A stretch of 64,000 bases of DNA. It comes from Candidatus Hadarchaeota archaeon (GTDB lineage Archaea > CAYQAE01 > CAYVLA01). The notes under the pieces were generated by a model. The model did no database searches. It was not told the DNA's origin and worked only from the letters and a program-made list of their open reading frames with translations. The stretch spans positions 21,459-85,458 of the forward strand of contig CAYVLA010000005.1 of NCBI GenBank assembly GCA_964452145.1, read 5' to 3'. Made by a program: the position numbers and the translations under genes. Of the stretch, positions 1 to 8,600 are shown piece by piece. Numbering within the stretch: position 1 is the first letter of the stretch; each line of letters opens with the position of its first letter.

Positions 1-1
1 C

Positions 2-403
2 AGCGACGGATATGCTAGGGCGGGCGATGCTTATGTCCGTGCAGGCAGCTTGAGTTCGGCGGCCGAGGCCTACCTGAAGCATGCCGAGTTCTCCAGCGAA
101 CCCGCATACGGGTACAGGAACGCAGCACAGTGTTACCAGAAGCTCGGCGACATTGACAAAGCGGTGGAGCTCTACATGATGGAGGTTGACGACGACATCT
201 CCAAGGGACGCTTCTTCGTTGCCTCTGAGATCCTGAGGATGGCCAAGGCGATCGCCAAGGACAAGTCCCTCGTCGAGGCAAAGGCGGGTGGTCTGAAGCC
301 TTTCCCCGGCATGGAGAAGGCCGCCTCCTCGTTCAGGAAGACCCTCAAAGCCGAGCTGGAACGAAAGGGGCTCTCCGCCGAGGCTGCTTCTCTGGGCGCC
401 TAG
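2..403 (+). CDS. TPR/alpha-SNAP-like helical repeat protein (5'-truncated by window edge)
   Basis: Frame is open from base 2 (SDGYARAGDAYVRAGSLSSAAEAYLKHAE...NAAQCYQKLGDIDKAVELY...KGRFFVA); A/Y-patterned TPR helices and a GRF motif as in SNAP-family proteins. Confidence 0.55.
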   Translation, partial: SDGYARAGDAYVRAGSLSSAAEAYLKHAEFSSEPAYGYRNAAQCYQKLGDIDKAVELYMMEVDDDISKGRFFVASEILRMAKAIAKDKSLVEAKAGGLKPFPGMEKAASSFRKTLKAELERKGLSAEAASLGA

Positions 404-424
404 TGCGCTTGCCGTGGTGTCGCA

Positions 425-1525
425 GTGAACCGATTCAGCCTGAGACGGTACCTGAGGCCCGCCAGAGTATTCCTGATCGCGGTCCTGATCGGGCTCCTGC
501 TTGGGCTGACCCTTCGGTTCGCTGCTAGGCCGGTCCTCCGTGTGCTTGAGCAAGCGCTTTACTTCAGGATAACCAAGCCACTGGAGATCATCCAGGGACC
601 CCTATCCGGGATCATGGGCACCGAGGAAGCGGTGACCGCCCTTTATCTACTGGTTAACAACATCATCGTCTCATTCGTAGCCGCCTTCGGAGGGGTCGCC
701 CTGATCCGCTACACCATGGATCCTGGAGAGGAATCCCTCCGGCGCACCGGTCGCTTGACCAACGCCTTCTACAGGCTTGTCGGCGAGGGCAACCCCACCT
801 ACAAGGAGCCGTCCGTGCTCGTCTTCCTTCTTCCCCTAGCCGTCGTTTTCGTCAATGGCCTCATCCTGGGAATCTTCTCCGTTTCTCAGGGACTCAGCTG
901 GAAGGAGATGTCCGTGTACTTCGCCTACATATTGCCCCATGGTATCATCGAGCTGCCGGCCGTCGTCTTTGCTGCCACGATCGGCTACGCCAGCGCGGTG
1001 CAACTCAAGCTCAGGCTGGACGAGGGCAGCATTCAGGGCTTCTTCGACCATGCCCGGGAACTCCTCACCGGATGGAGGACTTGGCGCCTCTTCGTACTCG
1101 TGATTGTGATGCTGGTTTCCGCCGCCTTCGTAGAGGCCTACATCACGCCGGTCTTGGGCAGGAACGCACTCCAACGAGCCTACTTCTCCTTGGAGATGCT
1201 GAACTCCTCGGTTGCCGAAGGTGAGCCCGCCTTCCTCTACCTCCGAGCCGCGTTCGGCTCCACGATAGCCTTCAGCGGGGATTCAGGCGAACCTCTGGAT
1301 GTCCAGCTCTTCGGCAGCGATCGCTTCCCATTCCTCGTGGAGGGTTCCCGTCTGCCGGCCAATCGTACGGCTCTCGCATCCCGCATTCAGATCCCCGACG
1401 AAGAAGCAGTGTTGGTGCTGAAGTTCGCCGCGATTACCCCAGCCCCGGCGCGCATTCATGCCGTGGCCGAGCGCGGCAGACTTAGGGACGAAGCATCCCT
1501 CGTGATCACGACCCCCAGCCACTAG
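425..1525 (+). CDS. Stage II sporulation protein M (SpoIIM/DUF95)-family integral membrane protein with soluble C-terminal extension
   Basis: Multiple TM segments; LxNN, NG.ILG, LPHGIIELPA and AAFVEAYITP motifs. Confidence 0.8.
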   Translation: MNRFSLRRYLRPARVFLIAVLIGLLLGLTLRFAARPVLRVLEQALYFRITKPLEIIQGPLSGIMGTEEAVTALYLLVNNIIVSFVAAFGGVALIRYTMDPGEESLRRTGRLTNAFYRLVGEGNPTYKEPSVLVFLLPLAVVFVNGLILGIFSVSQGLSWKEMSVYFAYILPHGIIELPAVVFAATIGYASAVQLKLRLDEGSIQGFFDHARELLTGWRTWRLFVLVIVMLVSAAFVEAYITPVLGRNALQRAYFSLEMLNSSVAEGEPAFLYLRAAFGSTIAFSGDSGEPLDVQLFGSDRFPFLVEGSRLPANRTALASRIQIPDEEAVLVLKFAAITPAPARIHAVAERGRLRDEASLVITTPSH

Positions 1526-1570
1526 CCGCCGAGCGAAACCCCCACGCTCATCTCAAGCCGCCAAGTAAGA

Positions 1571-1577
1571 CTTAATA
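1571..1577 (+). promoter_or_regulatory. TATA box, probable promoter of the SRP RNA (and possibly leuA-ilvBN)
   Basis: CTTAATA preceded by purine-rich AAGTAAGA; the only AT-rich element upstream of the RNA. Confidence 0.5.
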
Positions 1578-1662
1578 GCGGGGAATTCGAGGACGTGTCG
1601 TCGGCGGGACGGCGGAGGTCCGACGTCGAGCCGATCAAAGGAAGGCAGCTTGCGGCCAACCC

Positions 1663-1957
1663 GGTGGGCTAGGCGGGAGGCTAGGCGTCTCCTGTGACCC
1701 GAAATCGTCTATACGCGGGGCTGAGGGCCCTGGGGCGGTCCGGCTGTGATGCGCAGGGCCCGAGTTCTGAACGTTGACTCCCCGTCCCTCAGGGTCGGCG
1801 GATGCGGAGCCCCCTTTGTAGGAAGGAGGTAACCGCGTTTGCTCCCCGAACCCCACCAGGCCGGGAACGGAGCAGTGGTAGGGAAGACGTGCGGCGCTTG
1901 AGGGGGCACGAGGACGAGGTAAGGCTCGGTCAACCCACGTGTCACAACGGGCCCACC
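1663..1957 (+). ncRNA. ffs: Archaeal signal recognition particle (7S) RNA
   Basis: Terminal helix GGTGGGC(1663)/GCCCACC(1957); Alu-domain 5' end GGCTAGGCGGGAGGCTAGGCGTCTCCTGTGACCCGAAA; helix 8 SRP54 site CAGGCCG-GGAA-CGG-AGCAG at ~1857-1875; ~295 nt. Confidence 0.93.
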
Positions 1958-2000
1958 CTTGGCGGTTCATCGGGGTCAAAGCAGGCTGCTGTGAGGATGG

Positions 2001-3594
2001 ATGAGCATGTGGAGGGACGGGGTTCTACGTCTCTGACTATAACAACCGTGCTCTGGAGAGGACTGGCCTCCCTGAGCGAGTAGCCATATTCGACACAACC
2101 TTGAGGGATGGCGAGCAGACGCCGGGAGTCTCCCTAACGGCGGATGAGAAGATCCGCATCGCTTCTGCCCTGAACGATCTGGGTGTGAACACGATAGAAG
2201 CCGGCTTCCCGGCCACTTCGGAGGGCGAGACCCGAGCCATTGCCGAGATAGCGGGGCTGGGGCTGAGATCCGAGATCTGTGCATTGGCCCGATCCAGCAG
2301 ACATGACATCGACTTGGCTTTGAACACGGGTGTGGGCTGTATCCACACTTTCATCGCCACCTCTGATATTCACCTGCAACACAAGCTGAAGATGACCCGG
2401 GAACAGGTGGTTGAAAAGGCTGTGGACGGCGTGACGTACGCCAAGGACCACGGGGTGGCCGTGGAGTTCTCTGCCGAGGATGCCACTAGGACCGAGCTGG
2501 ATTATCTCCGGACGGTACTGATGTCCGCCCAGGAGGCAGGGGCCGACAGGATCAACGTTCCCGACACGGTCGGTGTGATTATACCGCGGGCCATGGGATA
2601 TCTCGTGGGTAGGATCGCCGAGGTGGTGAAGATCCCCATCTCGGTTCACTGTCACAACGACTTCGGCATGGCGGCGGCCAACTCGTTGGCCGCCGTCGAG
2701 ATGGGCGCGACGCAGGTGCATGTGACGATCAATGGCCTGGGAGAAAGGGCGGGGAACGCCTCTTTGGAGGAGGTCGTCATGTCCCTGCACTCGTTCTACA
2801 ACGTCAAGACGAACATAGTGACCCAAAGAATCTATCCTACCTCTCAGCTTGTGTCCAGGCTGACCGGGATACCGGTTCAGCCCAACAAGGCCATCGTTGG
2901 CGAGAACGCCTTCGCGCACGAATCGGGAATCCACGTGCACGGCGTCTTGGGCGCCGCGGCCACATACGAGCCCTTGACTCCCGAGATTGTTGGAAACACA
3001 AGGCGGATAGTCCTCGGCAAGCATACCGGGGTGCATGCCATCGGAGTCAAGCTCGGTGAGATCGGGATAAAGGCAACGGAGGAACAGATGGGAGAGATCT
3101 CCCATCGAATTAAGAGGATCGGCGACATGGGCAAGAGGATCACCGATGCGGATCTCACGGCCATCGCCGAGGCCGTGATAGGCAAAGTCTCCCAGGACAA
3201 ACGCACCCTGGAGCTGAGCAACTTCACCGTTGTGACAGGTGACAGAACGATCCCCACTGCCTCGCTCGCCCTCGTCGTCGACGGAAGGCGAGTGGAAGGG
3301 TCCAGCATTGGAACCGGACCGGTCGACGCAGCCATTCGAACCATCAAGGACGTAATCAAGGAGTTCGGCCGCATAGAGCTGAAGGAGTACCGCCTGGAGG
3401 CCATCACTGGTGGCAGCGACGCCGTGGCCGAGGTCACAGTCAAGGTCATGGACGACCTGGGCAATCTGACGACCGCTAGGGGGGTTAGCACCGACATAGT
3501 GATGGCCAGCGTGGAGGCCATGATAGAGGCCGTGAACAGACTCTTCGTCAGAAGGAAGAGCAGCCAGACCATAGGAGGAACGACTAGTGCCTGA
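2001..3594 (+). CDS. leuA: 2-isopropylmalate synthase (LeuA/CimA family); start uncertain, apparent frameshift or non-canonical start near 2019-2022
   Basis: IFDTTLRDGEQTPG, HTFIATSDIH, HCHNDFGMA, GLGERAGNA, AHESGIH and a C-terminal regulatory domain (GTGPVDAA). The main frame is open only from 2005 and has no ATG/GTG/TTG before the DTTLRD motif. Confidence 0.88.
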
Positions 3595-5344
3595 GAGCAT
3601 ATCCGGCGCGGAGGCCCTGGTCAGGGCCTTGGAAGCTGAGAAGGTCAGACACATCTTCGGGATCCCCGGCGGGGCAATCTTGGACGTCTATGACAGACTC
3701 TACGATTCGAACATCAGACACATACTTGTAAGGCACGAGCAAGTCGCGGCCCACGCCGCAGACGGCTATGCACGGGCAAGTGGGGAAACCGGTGTCTGCT
3801 TCGCCACCTCCGGGCCCGGGGCAACCAACCTGACGACCGGGATAGCCAACGCCTTCTACGACTCGGTGCCCGTAATCGCGGTGACCGGACAGGTGCCGAC
3901 CAGGCTGGTGGGCAACGACTCCTTCCAGGAGGCGGACACCATCGGGATCTTCATGCCGATAACAAAGTACAACGTCATGGTGAGATCGGGACGGGAGGTG
4001 CCGGAGGTTGTGAGGAAGGCGTTCCTTATCGCCAACAGCGGAAGGAAGGGACCGGTGCACATCGATCTGCCCAAGGATGCTCAGCAACAGAAAATCGAGT
4101 TCAGCTACCCGCCGGAGGTCAGCATGCTTAAGCGTCTATCAAGCCCCAAAGGCCATCCCAGACAGATCAGGAGGGCAGCGGAGGAACTGCTGAAGGCCGA
4201 GCGGCCCGTGATAATCTCCGGCGGGGGAGTCATCGCGGCCAGTGCCACCCGGGAGGTTGTCAGGCTGGCCGAGTCGCTGATGGCACCCGTCGGCGTTACT
4301 CTGATGGGAAAGGGGTCGTTTCCGGACAGCCATCCCCTTGCGTTGGGGATGTTCGGCATGCACGGGAGGAAGGTGGCCAATGACATCCTCAGCGATGCCG
4401 ATGTGGTCCTCTCGGTCGGGATGAGGTTTGCCGACAGGGTCACCGGGGACACCTCCACCTTCTGCGCCGGGGCTAGGATCGTTCACATAGACATCGACGC
4501 GGCCGAGATAGGCAAGAACGTGTCGGCCCACATCCCGATCGTGGGCGATGCCAAGCAGGTTCTGCAGAAGCTCAACACCGAGCTGGCGGCCCTGAAGCCG
4601 AGCAAGAAAACGGCCTATGGCGAGAGGATCAAGGAGTTCATCAGGGAGTGTGGCCGCTGCTCGGATTACGCCTACGACGAGAAGCCCATAAAGCCGCAAA
4701 GGGTCATGAAAGAGATAAACGCCCTTATCGATCGGGACACAATCGTGGTGACCGAGGTGGGGCAATGCCAGATGTGGAGCGCCCACTTCCTCAAGATAGA
4801 CCATCCCAGGCGCTGGATATCCTCGGGAGGCCTGGGGACGATGGGCTTCGGTTTCCCGGCCTCCATCGGGGCCAAAGTCGCCTGCCCGGAATGCAGGGTC
4901 CTCGACATCGCGGGAGACGGCAGCTTCCAGATGGTCCTCCAGGATCTGGCCACCTGCATCATCGAGAACATACCCGTGGTCATCTGTGTCATGGACAACC
5001 GCACCTTGGGGATGGTGTACCAATGGCAGCAGCTCTTCTACAACAAGAGGGCTTCGGCCACGCTCTTGGATCATGCCGGGGTTGGAAAGGGAGGCTGCAT
5101 GCCGGAGGTCCCGGACTTCGTCAAGGTCGCCGAAGCCTACGGGGCCAAGGGCGTGAAGGTGGACTCGCCAGGCGAGGTGGGGACGGCGCTGAAGGAGGCC
5201 CTTGGCAGCGACATTGTGACCGTCGTCGACATAAAGATCGACAAGGACGAGCATGCCCTACCGATGGTTAGGGCGGGCGGGTCGATATCCAAGATGATCC
5301 TCTCCGAAAGGTGCGGGGCCGAACCCTACACGTACAGGTGTTGA
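3587..5344 (+). CDS. ilvB: Acetolactate synthase large subunit
   Basis: FGIPGGA, VRHEQ, TSGPGATN, FQEAD, GLGTMGFG, ThDP motif GDGSFQM; GGAGGA RBS. Confidence 0.96.
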   Translation: MPESISGAEALVRALEAEKVRHIFGIPGGAILDVYDRLYDSNIRHILVRHEQVAAHAADGYARASGETGVCFATSGPGATNLTTGIANAFYDSVPVIAVTGQVPTRLVGNDSFQEADTIGIFMPITKYNVMVRSGREVPEVVRKAFLIANSGRKGPVHIDLPKDAQQQKIEFSYPPEVSMLKRLSSPKGHPRQIRRAAEELLKAERPVIISGGGVIAASATREVVRLAESLMAPVGVTLMGKGSFPDSHPLALGMFGMHGRKVANDILSDADVVLSVGMRFADRVTGDTSTFCAGARIVHIDIDAAEIGKNVSAHIPIVGDAKQVLQKLNTELAALKPSKKTAYGERIKEFIRECGRCSDYAYDEKPIKPQRVMKEINALIDRDTIVVTEVGQCQMWSAHFLKIDHPRRWISSGGLGTMGFGFPASIGAKVACPECRVLDIAGDGSFQMVLQDLATCIIENIPVVICVMDNRTLGMVYQWQQLFYNKRASATLLDHAGVGKGGCMPEVPDFVKVAEAYGAKGVKVDSPGEVGTALKEALGSDIVTVVDIKIDKDEHALPMVRAGGSISKMILSERCGAEPYTYRC

Positions 5345-5862
5345 TGGACATGGAGAAAACCCACATAATCGCCGCCCTGGTCGAGAACAGGCCTGGGGTC
5401 CTCCACAGGATAGCAGGACTGTTCAGCCGCAGAGGCTTCAACATAGAGTCCATAGCCGTCGGAGTCACCGAGAGAGAGGATGTTTCCCGGATGACCATAG
5501 TCGCCAGAGGCGATGAGAGAGTGCTGGAGCAGATAGAGAAGCAACTGAACAAGCAGGTCGACGTCATCAAGGTCTCAGACCTGGACAGGGACAACAGCGT
5601 CGTAAGGGAGCTTTGCCTTGTGAAGGTGGGCGCTCAGAACGAGCAGAGCAAGCTTCTGTTGATGAACTATGCCGAGGTCTTCAGGGCTAAGATCGTCGAC
5701 GTCAACACGAATACTCTGACCTTCGAGATCACGGGCGATCAGCAGAAGGTCGAAGCACTGGTGGAACTCCTGAGGCCCCATGGCATCAGGGAGATGGCCA
5801 GAACCGGAACCGTTGCGATGGTAAGGGGACCGAAGTCAACCGAGGTGCCTGAAGTCAAGTAG
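5344..5862 (+). CDS. ilvN: Acetolactate synthase small (regulatory) subunit
   Basis: ACT domain LVENRPGVLHRIAGLFSRRGFNIESI, RELCLVKV, ARTG; TGATG overlap with the ilvB stop. Confidence 0.96.
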   Translation: MDMEKTHIIAALVENRPGVLHRIAGLFSRRGFNIESIAVGVTEREDVSRMTIVARGDERVLEQIEKQLNKQVDVIKVSDLDRDNSVVRELCLVKVGAQNEQSKLLLMNYAEVFRAKIVDVNTNTLTFEITGDQQKVEALVELLRPHGIREMARTGTVAMVRGPKSTEVPEVK

Positions 5863-5982
5863 ATATGCGCTCGGATCGGGTGACTGTTCACAGCATCTCC
5901 GTCGGATTCACCGGACACCTCTCGTGCCCGGCGCGGTAGAAGACATAAAGCCTTCAAGGCCTCAATGCCTTAGGGATATCCC

Positions 5983-7509
5983 ATGGCACACGTCGTGATG
6001 GTGGACGCCGATCGGGGCGTTTCCCAGATCAACCCGAACATATACGGCCATTTCGTCGAACACTTGGGTGAGTGCATCTACGGAGGCATCTGGGTCGGCG
6101 CCGATTCGTCGATTGACAACGTAAATGGGATTCGGAGGGATGTCATCGAGGCCCTGCGCAAGGTACAGCCCCCCGTCGTTCGCTGGCCGGGCGGTGCCTT
6201 CGCCGACGACTACCATTGGCAGGATGGCATCGGTCCACGGGAAGGCAGGCCGAGGCGAGTAAACGCTCACTGGGGTGGAGTGATCGAAGACAACCAGTTC
6301 GGGGCCCACGAGTTCCTCGACTTCTGCTACCGGATAGGGGCTCAGCCCTACATCTGCGGGAACGTGGGCAGCGGAACGGTGCGGGAGATGAGGGACTGGC
6401 TGGAGTACCTCAACTTCGAGGGTGACTCCTCTTTGACAAGGCTACGGGCCGAGAACGGCCATCCGGAACCGTTCAACGTCAGGTACTTCGGAATCGGGAA
6501 CGAGAACTGGGGATGCGGAGGCAACATGACGCCCGAGCTCTACGCCGGTTTGGTCCGTCAGCACTCAAGCTACGCCTTCTTTGGCTCCGGGCTGCGTAGG
6601 ATAGCTTGCGGTCCTGCCGGTGTCAATGCCACCTGGACCCAGAGGTTCTTCCAAGCTCTCTGTGATCCCGATCCGTCCTTCTGCAGGACGGGGCTCATCC
6701 AAGGCTTTGCTGTGCATTACTACTGTGGCACGGCAGGAACCGCCATCGACTACACCGACGACCAGTGGTATCAGCTTCTTCACCAGGCCATCGCGGTTGA
6801 GGCCATAGCGATCAGGAACCGGGCCATCATGGATGGCTTCGATCCCGAGAGGAGGATCGACCTGGTCGTCGACGAATGGGGCACCTGGCACCTTCCCATG
6901 GAGGGCACCAACCCGCACTTCCTCAAGCAGCAGAGCACCATGCGGGACGCGCTCGTTGCGGCCCTGACGCTGGACATATACAACCGTCACTCGGACAAGG
7001 TCGCCATGGCCAACATCGCCCAGACCGTCAATGTGCTGCAGGCCCTGATTCTGACTCACGGGAAGGATATGCTTCTCACGCCAACCTACCATGTCTACGA
7101 GATGTACTCACCCCACCAGGGCGGGCAATCCCTGCCCTGTCGCGTCTCGACGGATCGGATCTGGTTCGACTCGCCCCAGGGCCGAAAGTCTGTTCCGAGG
7201 CTTGCCGGCTCGTGCTCGAGGAAAGGGAATGCGGTAACGCTGACCCTTGTCAACACCCACGTGTCAGAGGCAGCCGAGGTCGAGGTCGAATTCCGGGGCG
7301 CAGGGATAGCCCAATTGGATGGTTGGCGTGTGTTGGCCAGCGACGACATCCACGACCACAATACGTTCCGCGAGCCCGACCAAGTCAAGCCTCGCCTCGA
7401 AGATGGGGCGTCCGGGATCGTGCTCCCGCCCGCCTCGGTTAACGTGCTCACATACGGGATGGGAAACGGAAGCAGCTCGCGGGGCGCGATGGCCGGCTCG
7501 TTACGATGA
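5983..7509 (+). CDS. abfA: Alpha-L-arabinofuranosidase, GH51
   Basis: YGHFVEHLG, RWPGG, acid/base GNENWGCGG, nucleophile DEWG, MANIAQTVNVLQ. Confidence 0.92.
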   Translation: MAHVVMVDADRGVSQINPNIYGHFVEHLGECIYGGIWVGADSSIDNVNGIRRDVIEALRKVQPPVVRWPGGAFADDYHWQDGIGPREGRPRRVNAHWGGVIEDNQFGAHEFLDFCYRIGAQPYICGNVGSGTVREMRDWLEYLNFEGDSSLTRLRAENGHPEPFNVRYFGIGNENWGCGGNMTPELYAGLVRQHSSYAFFGSGLRRIACGPAGVNATWTQRFFQALCDPDPSFCRTGLIQGFAVHYYCGTAGTAIDYTDDQWYQLLHQAIAVEAIAIRNRAIMDGFDPERRIDLVVDEWGTWHLPMEGTNPHFLKQQSTMRDALVAALTLDIYNRHSDKVAMANIAQTVNVLQALILTHGKDMLLTPTYHVYEMYSPHQGGQSLPCRVSTDRIWFDSPQGRKSVPRLAGSCSRKGNAVTLTLVNTHVSEAAEVEVEFRGAGIAQLDGWRVLASDDIHDHNTFREPDQVKPRLEDGASGIVLPPASVNVLTYGMGNGSSSRGAMAGSLR

Positions 7510-7779
7510 TCGGAGTCGGGCATATCATCTGTCACCCGAGACGATCAACCCCAAGCCGTGCCGAGAATGTGCAGAAAGGCCACCAAGGCTGGCTCCGACT
7601 TTCTCGGGTCAGTGCTGCGACCACCACCCAGTGCGATAGGTAACACATATGTTTGTACCCAGCCGCGGGGCACCGGGTCACCATGGCCTCGGAAGGATCC
7701 GATTCGCAAGGATTCCGTCCGAGCCCAAGGAGGCCGTGTAAGAGCCGGGCATGATTCCGGCATGAGGTGGTGGGTGAAT

Positions 7780-8574
7780 ATGGAGACGGGCCTTGGTGGC
7801 AAGGCCGCATTGGTCACGGGAGGGGGAAGCGGCATCGGGCGGGCCATAGCCTTGGCTCTGGCTAGGGAAGGCGCAAACGTGGTGATCGCCAGTCGAAATC
7901 CCGACCCGAAGACGGTGGATCAGATAACCGCCTGCGGTGTTCATTCCGTTGCACTGTCTGCGGATGTCAGCAAAGAGGATCAGGTCATCAGCATGGTGGA
8001 GCGGACGATCCAGTTCTTGGGAGGCCTTGATCTGTACGTGAACAATGCTGCTGTTCACTGGGACGAGCCGGTGACCCGAATAACCTCCGAGGCATGGTGC
8101 AGAACCATGGACACCAATCTGTCTGCCTGTGCATGGGCCTGCCGCGAGGTATCTCGCCATTTCATCTCCCAAGGACGGGGCAGCATCCTGATCGTTGGTT
8201 CCACGTGCACCGTAGCACCGCTGCACAGGGAAGCTGCCTACCGCTCGTCCAAGGCCGGGCTCAAGGCCTACATGGAGGTCTTGGCCGTGGAGCTGGCTCC
8301 CTTCAGGATCAGGGTCAACATGCTGACCCCTGGATATTTCCACACCAGTCTTTCAGCCCACCTCGGCGCCAAAGGTGAGGCTATGGTGTTGGACACGATT
8401 CCCCTGGGACGAGCCGGAGAACCCGAACCTGATATAGGACCCGCAGCGCTCTTCCTGCTCTCCGACGTGCTCAGCCCGTACACCACGGGAGCCGAGCTTG
8501 TGGTGGATGGCGGATACAGCCTGAGGCCCCCTCCCTACTACACGAAGGCGGAGATCAGCCAGATGAACCTGTGA
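7780..8574 (+). CDS. Short-chain dehydrogenase/reductase (SDR)
   Basis: TGGGSGIG, NNAA, YxxxK (YRSSK), PGY, VDGG. Confidence 0.93.
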   Translation: METGLGGKAALVTGGGSGIGRAIALALAREGANVVIASRNPDPKTVDQITACGVHSVALSADVSKEDQVISMVERTIQFLGGLDLYVNNAAVHWDEPVTRITSEAWCRTMDTNLSACAWACREVSRHFISQGRGSILIVGSTCTVAPLHREAAYRSSKAGLKAYMEVLAVELAPFRIRVNMLTPGYFHTSLSAHLGAKGEAMVLDTIPLGRAGEPEPDIGPAALFLLSDVLSPYTTGAELVVDGGYSLRPPPYYTKAEISQMNL

Positions 8575-8600
8575 CGCTGCGGTCCTCCTGCCCAGAAAAC

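Noticed and set aside
2134..3654. Long antisense ORF (506 aa) and many similar shadow ORFs across the window (e.g. 4139-5254, 8571-9362, 61090-62097)
   Set aside because: They lie opposite well-supported genes, are expected from GC-rich codon bias and carry no recognisable motifs
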